A stretch of 64,000 bases of DNA, from contig JACPKC010000010.1 of assembly GCA_016187225.1 (NCBI GenBank), forward strand, positions 67,541 to 131,540, written 5' to 3'. Below the pieces are notes generated by a model. It was not told where the DNA came from, did no database searches, and saw nothing but the letters and a program-made list of their open reading frames with translations. The number at the start of each line of letters is the position of its first letter. Position 1 is the first letter of the stretch. The translations under genes were made by a program, and so were the position numbers. Shown piece after piece: positions 18,763 through 27,454 of the stretch. The DNA is from Candidatus Berkelbacteria bacterium (GTDB lineage Bacteria > Patescibacteriota > UBA1384 > JACPKC01).

Positions 18763-20451
18763 ATGACCCACTTTGAAAATCTTATCCATCGAGTTCGTTC
18801 ATTGCTCAGTGGTGAATGCCAGATCACATTCGAGATTCCAAGCAATCAATCGGCATGGTTTTCGGTGCCAATTTTCCACTTGGCTCAAAAGCGCAATCAG
18901 TCAGTCGCCGAAGTTGCCAAGACGATCGTCTCTAGACTGAACTCTCTCTCTGGAGTGCAAGCGAAAGTCGTCGGCGGTTATGTCAATCTTGCGCCAACTT
19001 CAAGTTTCGCGAGGCAAATCTTGGCTGAACTGTCGACAAGTAAATATCAGCCAGAATCTCGCACCGAAACAATCGTCATTGATTATTCAAGCCCGAACGC
19101 CGCCAAACCGATGAGTATTGGCCATTTACGTTCGACTGTGATTGGGGATGCGCTCAAGCGCATTTACCAGTTTCTTGGTTATCAAGTAATTGGAGTAAAT
19201 CATCTTGGCGATTGGGGCACGCAATTTGGCAAACTCCTTGTGGCTTATAAACGCCAGTTTGGCGATCTCACTCCACGGCCAGAGTTGACAGTTAAAGATT
19301 TACTTAATCTTTATGTGCAATTTCATACTGACGCCGACCAGGATCGGGCGCTTGCTGACGGGGCCCGGGCGATGTTTTTTCAATTGGAACATGAACGGCG
19401 TGCGCAAGGACAGGCGAGTGAATTGGTCGCGCTTTGGCGGCAATTGGTGGATCTCTCTAAGCAGGAACTTCAGAGTGTTTATCGGCGTTTGGGGGTGGAA
19501 TTTTCTGACGAGGCGATTAAAGGTGAGAGTGAATATGATCTCGAAGTTAAGCAAGTAAGAAAACAAGCTCAAGAGATGGGGATTTTAGAAACAAGCGAGG
19601 GCGCTCAAATTATTCAAGTTGGAGATGCTTGTCCGCCTTTGATTTTTGAAAAAACTGATGGTTCCACTACCTACGGCGCCCGTGATCTGGGCGCGCTTCT
19701 TTATCGCTTAAAGACATATCGTCCAGCGCAAGTTCTCTATGTGGTCGGAAGCGAGCAGTCACTTCACTTTCAGCAGATTTTTGAGGCGGCGACTTCACTT
19801 GATCTTCTAGGTGTGAGAACGAATAAAACTATCCTTAAACATGTTAAATTTGGCCTTGTTCGTCTACCCGAAGGCAAGCTAAGCACGCGTCAGGGTCGCG
19901 TCATTTTACTCGAAGATGTTTTGAATGAGGCGGTGAAACGGGCGCAGGCGGTGATAGAAGCGCGAGTCGAAGGGCAACCAGGGGACGAGCGCATTAGCGA
20001 AGCAGTTGGAATTGGCGCCCTTAAGTATTTTGATCTCATGCATAATTGTCGCCACGATATCCTTTTCAATTGGGAACGCATGCTCTCACTCAAAGGCAAC
20101 TCGGCGCCGTATCTTCAATATTCCTACACGCGCGCCGTCCAGATTTTAGCTAAGGAGAGCGACATCGAGCAAGAAGTAGGCGTCGTTCCGGTTGAACTTA
20201 TGCCTTATATTCGCACCTTGGCTAGATTCCCATTGATTATTGAGCAAGTTGCCGAGCAGTCCACGCCGCATACCCTTGCTCAATATCTAGGTGAAGTCGC
20301 GGCGGATTTTCATGCCTTTTATGAACGCTTCCCAGTTTTGCAGGCGAGCGCCAGTGATAAGACAGTGCGCTTAGCCTACGTTCGGGCAACACAAAAAATT
20401 CTTAAGATTGGCCTTAATCTTCTGGGTATCGAAGCGCTTGAAAGGATGTAA
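18763..20451 (+). CDS. argS: Arginyl-tRNA synthetase
   Basis: SPNAAKPMSIGHLRS (HIGH region), 562 aa class I architecture, DALR-type C-terminus. Confidence 0.9.
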   Translation: MTHFENLIHRVRSLLSGECQITFEIPSNQSAWFSVPIFHLAQKRNQSVAEVAKTIVSRLNSLSGVQAKVVGGYVNLAPTSSFARQILAELSTSKYQPESRTETIVIDYSSPNAAKPMSIGHLRSTVIGDALKRIYQFLGYQVIGVNHLGDWGTQFGKLLVAYKRQFGDLTPRPELTVKDLLNLYVQFHTDADQDRALADGARAMFFQLEHERRAQGQASELVALWRQLVDLSKQELQSVYRRLGVEFSDEAIKGESEYDLEVKQVRKQAQEMGILETSEGAQIIQVGDACPPLIFEKTDGSTTYGARDLGALLYRLKTYRPAQVLYVVGSEQSLHFQQIFEAATSLDLLGVRTNKTILKHVKFGLVRLPEGKLSTRQGRVILLEDVLNEAVKRAQAVIEARVEGQPGDERISEAVGIGALKYFDLMHNCRHDILFNWERMLSLKGNSAPYLQYSYTRAVQILAKESDIEQEVGVVPVELMPYIRTLARFPLIIEQVAEQSTPHTLAQYLGEVAADFHAFYERFPVLQASASDKTVRLAYVRATQKILKIGLNLLGIEALERM

Positions 20452-20516
20452 AAGATCGTTGAGAAAGTCTTATTCTTGCTCGAATGAAGTGATAGCAAAG
20501 TCGAGAATCGTTCTAT

Positions 20517-22826
20517 TTAGAACCCAGCCTTATAGAGTTTATTTTCCGCCAATACCCAGAAGACTTTACCATCTTCGTCAACTGCGATTTGATCGAGAGC
20601 TTGGACCCCATCCAAAACATACTGATTTTGGAATCGTCCGTCAGAGCCGAGAACCACAATTCGTTCGCCATCGACAACGTAAATTTTGCCACCCTCGCGA
20701 GTCGTTAGAATTTGTTTGGGCGAGGTGAAGTTCGAGGCTGGCGCTGGAATGTCATGGATACGAAATTCAACTCTTTTTCCGCGATTGAGTTTAATTACCT
20801 CTCCAAGTTTTGAAAGCACATAGACGTTGCCATCAATTGCTAAGTCGATGCCATCGCTAATTTGCGTGCCGTCGGTGATAAATGCTTCGGGCGCCTGAAG
20901 GGCGCCATCCACAGATGGAAATTTCCAGATCTGGTTTTCAGAGGGCGCTAGAAGATAGAGATTATTGAAGAATGCGGCGAGACTTTGGCCCAGCTTTGTA
21001 TTTGCGCCTTGAGGATTTAGGGCATTAAGTGGGCCGCTAGCGTCGGTTAATTCATAAAGCGCGGGTTTGTCGGTGCTGACAAGCGCGCCAATTTTTTCAT
21101 CGTAGACGCCAATAGCAGTGATTTTTTCATTGGCGGGCGAGACGACAGATACTTGCTCGCCTCCATTCTCGGGCAAGGTTATGAGTTTGCTATTCTCGAC
21201 TATCGTCAGTTTATTATCCCAACGCGTTAAAGATGATCCCTGCTCAAATTCTGCCAAACTTGCTAAGTTTTTAAGGCGCGTGGTTTTAGTTAACTCGTCC
21301 AGGGCGGTTTGCGCTTCGTCGCGAACCTGTGTAGCGATTTCAGTTACCGGGGAATTTTCAAGCGTTGCAACGCCGGTGATAACTTCAGCAAACAGTGTCT
21401 GGGCTTTTTCAGTCTGATTGAAAATTTTGGCAAGCTTTCCTTCCTCTAACTTATCTTCTAGGTTCTGCAGTTGAGCAGTTGCCTCAACCCGTTTTTGCTC
21501 CTCGCCGCGACGAGTCGCGAGCGCGCGCAAGTTTATTCCAAGCAAAACTATTAAGATCGCGGCGAGGACAATAAAACCCGCCGAGCGCGAGGCAAAATTG
21601 ACTTTTAATAAAGTTGGCAGAGGAAATTTGGCGGTCGGATGAGTTTGTGGGACTTGATCGTAGACGTGCACTGCGCCCACGGTTCCCAAGTTGTCTGAAG
21701 ATGGGGCCGTGTAATCATGAATCGCGAACACCGACTTGCCAATCAGGCTTTCTGTTTTTGTCGGCGGAGTGGGTAGATCGCTTGAGGGGTGAGTTTTTGA
21801 CAAGACGTCTGGTGGCGCCGCTGGGCGCCGATTTTTTAATTTTTCAATTTGATCGCGAAGAGCAGGCAGGGTCTTTTCACGAAATTCCTGATGGTGAGTT
21901 CGTGACCAGTTCTTAAATTGTGCCAGCGTTTGCTTGCTTCGCGGAAGCGCATGAATTCGAAAGGCGGTGTCTAATCTTCGATCCCAAACTTTCAGCCATC
22001 CACCTGCGGTTAAAGCAATTTCGTGCAAACGTTTCAGCCCTGCCAGACCAGTCAGACGCCAGTCGCTTACGCCGTTGCTGTCGAGATAAAACACTTCGGG
22101 GGATCGAGTTAAAGTTTGATTGGCTTGGGATGCGAGACTGGGAGATTCCAGAAGCAAAGCATTCACCCAACGCCCCTTTTTGGTTTTTAGAATGTTTGTC
22201 AAATGGTGAGCCGCTGTGCCTAGATCGGGTACTGAAAAGACATTTGCCTTGAGTTCCGGCACAGAGCTAACAGTTAAAAGGCCGATACTCCCGAAAAGAA
22301 AACGATCGCCGGATTCGAGTTTACCCGAAAGCACCGTCGAAAAAGTCTTGTTTGGTGTATTCACTGGGCTCGATGAGTCAAAAACATTCGAGGCCTTGCC
22401 TTCGCGAATCAACCAGCCGTGGATCGTGCCACAGGTTGTAATATGAATCTCATCTTGGATAACCAAAATTAACACGGCATTGAGGTGACCAAGCCAATCT
22501 GTTTGACCTGTCTGTGCCAAGTGTCCGAGAGTTTCATTGATTTTTTTAAGCGCCGTTTCAAAATTCACAAGTGGATCGCGATCAGCGCCGCGAAAATACT
22601 CTCTCGACGCAGTGTTGATGAGAGTTTGGCCAATTTGAGAGTTTGGGAACCATGGGCTCTCAATCTCGACTAAGGTAAAAATTCGACCAGCGGCGTTTGC
22701 CTCTGGATCGTGAGATTCCTTGACCTGGGTAGTTACATATCGATCCGAGAGTTTAGCGCTATTTGTAATGCGTACGTATCGAAACGCATCATTCGTTTTT
22801 ATATTCGCTTGTGACTCTGATTCCAT
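20517..22826 (-). CDS. Hypothetical single-pass membrane protein: cytoplasmic N-domain, TM, coiled coil, C-terminal beta-propeller-like repeats
   Basis: TM at GFIVLAAILIVLLGINL. C-terminal repeated DG-x-YVL / GKIYVVD / GKVFWVL strands. The N-domain family could not be assigned with confidence. Confidence 0.55.
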   Translation of the reverse strand: MESESQANIKTNDAFRYVRITNSAKLSDRYVTTQVKESHDPEANAAGRIFTLVEIESPWFPNSQIGQTLINTASREYFRGADRDPLVNFETALKKINETLGHLAQTGQTDWLGHLNAVLILVIQDEIHITTCGTIHGWLIREGKASNVFDSSSPVNTPNKTFSTVLSGKLESGDRFLFGSIGLLTVSSVPELKANVFSVPDLGTAAHHLTNILKTKKGRWVNALLLESPSLASQANQTLTRSPEVFYLDSNGVSDWRLTGLAGLKRLHEIALTAGGWLKVWDRRLDTAFRIHALPRSKQTLAQFKNWSRTHHQEFREKTLPALRDQIEKLKNRRPAAPPDVLSKTHPSSDLPTPPTKTESLIGKSVFAIHDYTAPSSDNLGTVGAVHVYDQVPQTHPTAKFPLPTLLKVNFASRSAGFIVLAAILIVLLGINLRALATRRGEEQKRVEATAQLQNLEDKLEEGKLAKIFNQTEKAQTLFAEVITGVATLENSPVTEIATQVRDEAQTALDELTKTTRLKNLASLAEFEQGSSLTRWDNKLTIVENSKLITLPENGGEQVSVVSPANEKITAIGVYDEKIGALVSTDKPALYELTDASGPLNALNPQGANTKLGQSLAAFFNNLYLLAPSENQIWKFPSVDGALQAPEAFITDGTQISDGIDLAIDGNVYVLSKLGEVIKLNRGKRVEFRIHDIPAPASNFTSPKQILTTREGGKIYVVDGERIVVLGSDGRFQNQYVLDGVQALDQIAVDEDGKVFWVLAENKLYKAGF

Positions 22827-22845
22827 GTTGCCTCAATGTCTAACT

Positions 22846-22923
22846 TGGTCGGGGTGGGCGGATTTGAACCGCCGGTCTCCAGACCCCCAGCCTGGCGCAT
22901 TTGGCCAACTATGCTACACCCCG
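22846..22923 (-). tRNA. tRNA-Pro (anticodon GGG), CCA encoded
   Basis: Hand-folded cloverleaf: acceptor CGGGGTG/CACCCCG, anticodon stem CCAGG/TCTGG, loop CTGGGGG, T-arm GGCGG-TTCAAAT-CCGCC. 78 nt. Confidence 0.9.
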
Positions 22924-22961
22924 GTTTGGTGCCCAGGAAAACAAGTATAACAAAAGGAGGA

Positions 22962-23573
22962 TCAGCCTCCTATGAGAAACTGGGTAAGTCGAGTGACAGC
23001 TGAAACGAGTAAATCTCCGAGCGTCGTCGTTCTCAAGGCAATTAGAAGAAGGATGATAAGCAAAAAAGATGATGTTTCGAGCATTCGATATATTGGTTCA
23101 CCCAAGAAAGCTCGCAAGAACTTTGAGCCATCCAGCGGCGGTACGGGCAACAGATTAAAGAGCATTAAAAAGAGATTAAGTTGAATCATTAAGATGCCGA
23201 CCGTAGCGAGGTCAGATATTGGTATAACGCCGCTTCGGTATACAAGTGCGATTAGGCTGGCGAGGAGAAGATTGCTGGCTGGACCAGCGATGGCCACCAA
23301 GAATTCATCCAACGCTGGGCGGGTAAAGTATTGTGGGTTGACTGGCACCGGCTTGCCCCAACCAAATCCGAAAAAGAATAAGAAAACCGTGCCGAGCGGA
23401 TCGAGGTGGGCGAGAGGATTGAGAGTGACTCGACCTTGATTGCGGGCAGTTGGGTCACCTAATCGATCAGCAACATAGGCGTGAGCGCATTCGTGAACGG
23501 TAATCCCTGAAAGCAGGGCAAGACAAAAAGCGACAAAACCGAGTGGGTCAGTGAGAGCGTTGAGAAGAAGCAT
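22962..23573 (-). CDS. Site-2 protease family (M50) membrane metalloprotease
   Basis: HECAHAYVA (HExxH) in TM1, followed by a polytopic membrane profile and NLLPVPPLDG motif. Confidence 0.8.
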   Translation of the reverse strand: MLLLNALTDPLGFVAFCLALLSGITVHECAHAYVADRLGDPTARNQGRVTLNPLAHLDPLGTVFLFFFGFGWGKPVPVNPQYFTRPALDEFLVAIAGPASNLLLASLIALVYRSGVIPISDLATVGILMIQLNLFLMLFNLLPVPPLDGSKFLRAFLGEPIYRMLETSSFLLIILLLIALRTTTLGDLLVSAVTRLTQFLIGG

Positions 23574-23672
23574 AATTTGAGAGGGTTAAGATAGTAGAAA
23601 TAACACCATCATAAGTTGCATAGAAACCTAAATTATGATAACTTAACTCACGTTTTCTTGAAAGGATACTGT

Positions 23673-23876
23673 ATGCATGTTACTCACCTCTACGCGCCAG
23701 TGGCTTGGGTTTGCCAAGTGTGTGGTAAGAAGCCAGTCGCTGGTCGGGATCGATCGCACTCTATGCGTCAATCACATCGCTCAATCCGACCAAATCTTCA
23801 ATCCTATAAAAATGGGAAAATTTGCACTCGGTGTCTGCGGACTCTGAAACGCAAAACTAACGCTAACACGGTGTAA
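23673..23876 (+). CDS. rpmB: 50S ribosomal protein L28
   Basis: VCQVCGKKPVAGRDRSHSMRQSHRSIRPNLQ matches the L28 core. AAAGGA SD lies 6 nt before ATG 23673. In-frame GTG 23700 is an alternative start. Confidence 0.85.
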   Translation: MHVTHLYAPVAWVCQVCGKKPVAGRDRSHSMRQSHRSIRPNLQSYKNGKICTRCLRTLKRKTNANTV

Positions 23877-23880
23877 CTAC

Positions 23881-23906
23881 AAAACCCCGCTTCTATGCGG
23901 GGTTTT
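23881..23906. terminator. Bidirectional intrinsic terminator hairpin between convergent rpmB and the zinc-ribbon gene
   Basis: Perfect 10-bp stem aaaaccccgc/gcggggtttt with a 6-nt loop. A/T runs on both sides. Confidence 0.7.
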
Positions 23907-23929
23907 GTGTAACGCTTGAGTAGTTAAAA

Positions 23930-24283
23930 CTACGCAGCTTTAGGCATATCCGTGCTTGCATCTGATGCACCTGCATCTGACCCCGAATCGGAGCCAGCCC
24001 CTTGATTGCGACGGGCATTGAAGCATTCGCCGCAGAGGACATCATCCCGCTTGGGCGGGAATGGCACTTGTCCTGGTTTACCGCACTGGGCGCAGACGAT
24101 GTCATACATCTGACCTCCGCCACCACGCTGTGAATCGCGCTCCGCGCGCTTTTTGGCGCGGCACTCTTTACAGCGAGTTGGGGCGCTCAAACCTTTAGTC
24201 GCGTAGAAATCTTGCTCACCTGCTGTCCAGGTAAACGTGTTCCCACAGTCTCGACAGGTGAGAGTTTGATCTTGATATTCCAC
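23930..24283 (-). CDS. Zinc-ribbon domain protein (two CxxC...CxxC units)
   Basis: CRDCGNTFTWTAGEQDFY...CKECR and CAQCGKPGQVPF...CGECF. Confidence 0.7.
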   Translation of the reverse strand: MEYQDQTLTCRDCGNTFTWTAGEQDFYATKGLSAPTRCKECRAKKRAERDSQRGGGGQMYDIVCAQCGKPGQVPFPPKRDDVLCGECFNARRNQGAGSDSGSDAGASDASTDMPKAA

Positions 24284-24427
24284 TGGAACCCTTTTTTATC
24301 CATAAAACTTGTTCGACCACTCAAGCGTCTTGCGACCGCGCAAGAACTTATTCGCAGTATAGGCGCGAATGCCCTAAAATGTCAACGTCTTGATTGTCAA
24401 TTTCTTGCCTGATACGCTACGAACATT

Positions 24428-25084
24428 ATGTTGCCCCAAGCTTTTCAGATTTTACTTAAGCGCAGAGTTATGAGCCAGACCACGCTTTTGAGCGGTCAAA
24501 CTCCTGCTAATCAACTCATGGTCGCTCGCAACATCGCTTCTATACTTAAAATCGCTCCAGTTGACACGCTTCTTGTTTTATCGCCGCCAAAAATCGCTGA
24601 CCTGCGTTCAATTCTAGAACGTCTCCAATTTAAGCCCTACCAATCAGAATATGTGCTGGCGCTTTTGATCTCGGTCGATCAATGGTCATCTGAAACAGCC
24701 ACGGCCCTGTTGAAAATTCTTGAAGAGCCGCCACCCCAGGCGCGCCTCGTTTTGTTTGCGCAGGACGAAGAGAGCGTTTTACCTACAATTCGATCACGAG
24801 CAAGCAGATTCAGGCTTCCTGTAACTTTTACGTCTCAAGAGCAGTCTTTGTCGCCCCTTGAAACACTTTTAAGCAAACCATTATCTTATCAAATGATGCA
24901 GACTGCTAAATATGCCGAGGAGTATTCAATTCCAGAAATTTTGAATTCTTGGCTTGTGCAGACTTCAAGCCGATCCCTTCAAGTTTATTTACTTACTTCT
25001 CTAACTGAAGTTGGAACACATCCGGTCAATAAACGCCTCTTTCTTGATTCATTACTCGTCAATGTTCCAGGAAGAAGAGTATGA
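24428..25084 (+). CDS. holB: DNA polymerase III delta-prime-like subunit (short)
   Basis: LLKILEEPPPQARLVLFAQDEESVLPTIRSRASRFRL (sensor/SRC region of clamp-loader subunits). No intact Walker A. Confidence 0.65.
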   Translation: MLPQAFQILLKRRVMSQTTLLSGQTPANQLMVARNIASILKIAPVDTLLVLSPPKIADLRSILERLQFKPYQSEYVLALLISVDQWSSETATALLKILEEPPPQARLVLFAQDEESVLPTIRSRASRFRLPVTFTSQEQSLSPLETLLSKPLSYQMMQTAKYAEEYSIPEILNSWLVQTSSRSLQVYLLTSLTEVGTHPVNKRLFLDSLLVNVPGRRV

Positions 25085-25671
25085 TTCTTGAGATTCTAAT
25101 CATCGCGGCGATCATTGGCATGTTTATTATTTTGGCGCGGCGTCTGCCCGATGCACTTAAAGGTGAACAGGGTTCATTGCCGCCTCAAAACACACCCGCT
25201 CGTCCAGATTTTTTTACTAGAGCTCGAATTTGGTGGAAGACTGCTAAGCGAGAACAGTTGCGCCCGGCAAAATCACCAGTGGCTGTCGCTCAATCCGTCA
25301 AAGCGCCGAGCGAAGTGCTGACCGAAGATGTGCTCTTAAGAGAAGGCGATACTTACATGCAGGAGGGTAAGCTCAAGGAGGCCGAGCGGGCATTTTTAAG
25401 GGCGGTCGCCAAAAATCCTAAAAACCCCAAACTTTATAATCGCCTGGGTGCGATTTATCTTAAACAACGTAACTATTCAGATGCGCTCCAGGCATTTGAA
25501 GCCGCTCGCGATTTGGATTCGAGCAAAGCCTCGCGCCACTATAACGTCGCTCTCGCCGCCTGGCAGATGACTAATCTTTCCAAGGCTCGCCACTCGATTG
25601 CTCAAGCGATTAGCCTCGATCCGGTTTCGGCTAAATACCAAGAGCTTAAGCAACAGATTGAAGCGAAGTAA
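25081..25671 (+). CDS. Membrane-anchored TPR-repeat protein
   Basis: N-terminal TM, then about 3 TPR-like 34-aa units (EAERAFLRAVAKNPKNPKLYNRLGAIYLKQRNYSDALQAFEAA...). Confidence 0.7.
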   Translation: MILEILIIAAIIGMFIILARRLPDALKGEQGSLPPQNTPARPDFFTRARIWWKTAKREQLRPAKSPVAVAQSVKAPSEVLTEDVLLREGDTYMQEGKLKEAERAFLRAVAKNPKNPKLYNRLGAIYLKQRNYSDALQAFEAARDLDSSKASRHYNVALAAWQMTNLSKARHSIAQAISLDPVSAKYQELKQQIEAK

Positions 25672-26668
25672 TTTGTCCCTCGAGCAATTCAATGAGTTCG
25701 GATTCGTTTTCGTCAGCCTCAATCTTGAGAGATTCAAGATGAGCGAGAAATTCTTGACCCTGCCGCGCAACCTCGTCGCCAGTTGCGTAATTCAGTTTTG
25801 GATCTAAAAATTGCCGGTTACCAATTTTCATTGATATATATTCTCGATAAAAATACTCATTACTCTCTGCGTTCACTAAGAGTGTTTGGACCATTGAGTG
25901 TAGTTCTTCTTGGTGCTGTTTGAAATATTCTTCGATAAAAATAAACTCTTGCGCATGGCGCGCAAGTCGCGGCAAAGAATTTCGTAAAATATCCCAGATT
26001 AAGGCGTGGGATTTGCGTTTTTGAGGTGGAGCAAAGGTGCCATCTTCTTGAATCATAAGCGTTGGTTCAATGTAAATACCCGAAGTTTGATTCACCTCAT
26101 CTTCATTATTGAGCGCTTCTTCAAGCACCAATCGCCATTCCTGCCGAGCAGTTTCAAGAAAAGCGATCTGCTCCGTTGCTTTCCACAACCTGCCTTCTAC
26201 CGATGATTCTGGCTTTTTTATCACTTTCTTGACGCGCAACATATCCACATAGAGTTTTTCTTGGTTACGGATCTTTTCCAAATGCAGATTAAACTGTTTC
26301 TCGGCGATCTCTTGGTTGAACCAAGTTTTTGTGCCATGAGGAATGTCGCCCTGGAATGGCCCAACTTCTTCAATGTCATGCGTTGTCAGGAGTAGGGCAT
26401 AAAATTTTCTGTCGATTTTAAGCTCCGGAACGCCGGCGTGGCCTCGCAACTTATTCTCGCGCGTCAAACATCCAAGGCCGCGTCGCAAACTGCCCTTGTG
26501 ATGAGTGGCCACCGTTCCTTCATGAGGGTAGGGCGCCTCGCCATGAACATAAGGCGCGTAGCGTTTTTCTGTTTGCGCCGCCGGTGAATAAGCAGTTTCC
26601 TTAAGAAATTCCTCTTCTTCAGGCGTAAAGATAAATTGTTCAGGTGAAAATTTTCTCGATCCCTCCAT
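25646..26668 (-). CDS. Hypothetical protein with probable HD-type (YfbR-like) phosphohydrolase N-domain and helical C-terminal half
   Basis: LLLTTHDIEEVGPFQGDIPHGTK resembles the HDxxE...GDIP...K motif of HD_3 5'-nucleotidases. The rest is unassigned. Confidence 0.5.
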   Translation of the reverse strand: MEGSRKFSPEQFIFTPEEEEFLKETAYSPAAQTEKRYAPYVHGEAPYPHEGTVATHHKGSLRRGLGCLTRENKLRGHAGVPELKIDRKFYALLLTTHDIEEVGPFQGDIPHGTKTWFNQEIAEKQFNLHLEKIRNQEKLYVDMLRVKKVIKKPESSVEGRLWKATEQIAFLETARQEWRLVLEEALNNEDEVNQTSGIYIEPTLMIQEDGTFAPPQKRKSHALIWDILRNSLPRLARHAQEFIFIEEYFKQHQEELHSMVQTLLVNAESNEYFYREYISMKIGNRQFLDPKLNYATGDEVARQGQEFLAHLESLKIEADENESELIELLEGQITSLQSVA

Positions 26669-26705
26669 CCCACCTCCTTTAGTTACCTAAAAAATAACAA
26701 ATATT

Positions 26706-26779
26706 TGGCAGGAGCTGGAGGAATCGAACCACCGACCGCGGTTTTGGAGACCGCTGTTATACCACTTAACTAAGCTCCC
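26706..26779 (-). tRNA. tRNA-Trp (anticodon CCA), CCA encoded
   Basis: Hand-folded: anticodon stem GCGGT/ACCGC, loop CTCCAAA. The T-arm GGTGG-TTCGATT-CCTCC has one central U-U mismatch. 74 nt. Confidence 0.8.
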
Positions 26780-26789
26780 TTTCTAATTG

Positions 26790-26978
26790 TTAGGTTCGCG
26801 GTTTTGGATTTGGCAATTTTGTCTCGTTATGTTGAGTGTGTTTGCGGCACCAAGTGCAGTATTTTTCAAGCACAAGCTTATCAGTTGTGTTCACAACATT
26901 TTTTGACACCACATAGTTGCGTCGCTTACATTCGACACAAGTGAGATTAAATTTTTGTCGTTTGCCTTTTTTTGCCAT
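26790..26978 (-). CDS. rpmG: 50S ribosomal protein L33
   Basis: [27 protein letters not shown]...[15 protein letters not shown]. Start set at the MAKKGK methionine. Confidence 0.9.
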   Translation of the reverse strand: MAKKGKRQKFNLTCVECKRRNYVVSKNVVNTTDKLVLEKYCTWCRKHTQHNETKLPNPKPRT

Positions 26979-27010
26979 ATTCTTCCTTTCTTTGTCTTTT
27001 TCTACAAAAC

Positions 27011-27085
27011 TGGAGCCCACGGGCGGATTTGAACCGCCGACCTATTCCTTACCATGGAATTGCTCTGCCTCTGAGCTACGTGGGC
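27011..27085 (-). tRNA. tRNA-Thr (anticodon GGT), CCA encoded
   Basis: Hand-folded: acceptor GCCCACG/CGTGGGC, anticodon stem ATTCC/GGAAT, loop ATGGTAA, T-arm GGCGG-TTCAAAT-CCGCC. 75 nt. Confidence 0.9.
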
Positions 27086-27086
27086 T

Positions 27087-27173
27087 TGGTGCTGGGGGTA
27101 GGATTCGAACCTACGAAGGCGCTGGGCCGTCAGATTTACAGTCTGATGCGTTTGACCGCTTCGCTACCCCAGC
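27087..27173 (-). tRNA. tRNA-Tyr (anticodon GTA), long variable arm, CCA encoded
   Basis: Hand-folded: acceptor GCTGGGG/CCCCAGC, anticodon stem TCAGA/TCTGA, loop CTGTAAA, 15-nt variable arm. 87 nt. Confidence 0.9.
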
Positions 27174-27181
27174 TTGTTATC

Positions 27182-27256
27182 TGGAGCCACCTGTCGGATT
27201 TGAACCGACGACCTTCACTTTACAAAAGTGTTGCTCTACCGCTGAGCTAAGGTGGC
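27182..27256 (-). tRNA. tRNA-Thr (anticodon TGT), CCA encoded
   Basis: Hand-folded: acceptor GCCACCT/AGGTGGC, anticodon stem ACACT/AGTGA, loop TTTGTAA. 75 nt. Confidence 0.9.
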
Positions 27257-27323
27257 AGGCAATTCTCCAGAAAAATAATACTAGCAAGGTAGAGAGGAAT
27301 ACTCAATGATGGGGGAGCTTATT

Positions 27324-27394
27324 TTATACACTCTACGAACGTTAAATGATTAGAGAGTGTCTAGATACTCATTTAACGTTCGTAGAGTGTATAA
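27324..27394. promoter_or_regulatory. Perfect 26-bp inverted repeat (ttatacactctacgaacgttaaatga / tcatttaacgttcgtagagtgtataa) with 19-nt spacer, in the divergent promoter region
   Basis: Arms 27324-27349 and 27369-27394 checked base by base. The outer ends read TATAAT (plus strand) and TATAAA (minus strand), which are -10-like. Confidence 0.85.
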
Positions 27395-27454
27395 TTGACA
27401 GAAGTGGAGTATTCTGATATATTGCTAATGTACGAAGTGTTCTATGGAGGGAAA

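Noticed and set aside
26917-27309. Plus-strand ORFs (130 aa and 92 aa) across the tRNA cluster
   Set aside because: They are read through three well-folding tRNA genes and the rpmG 5' end, so they are artefacts.
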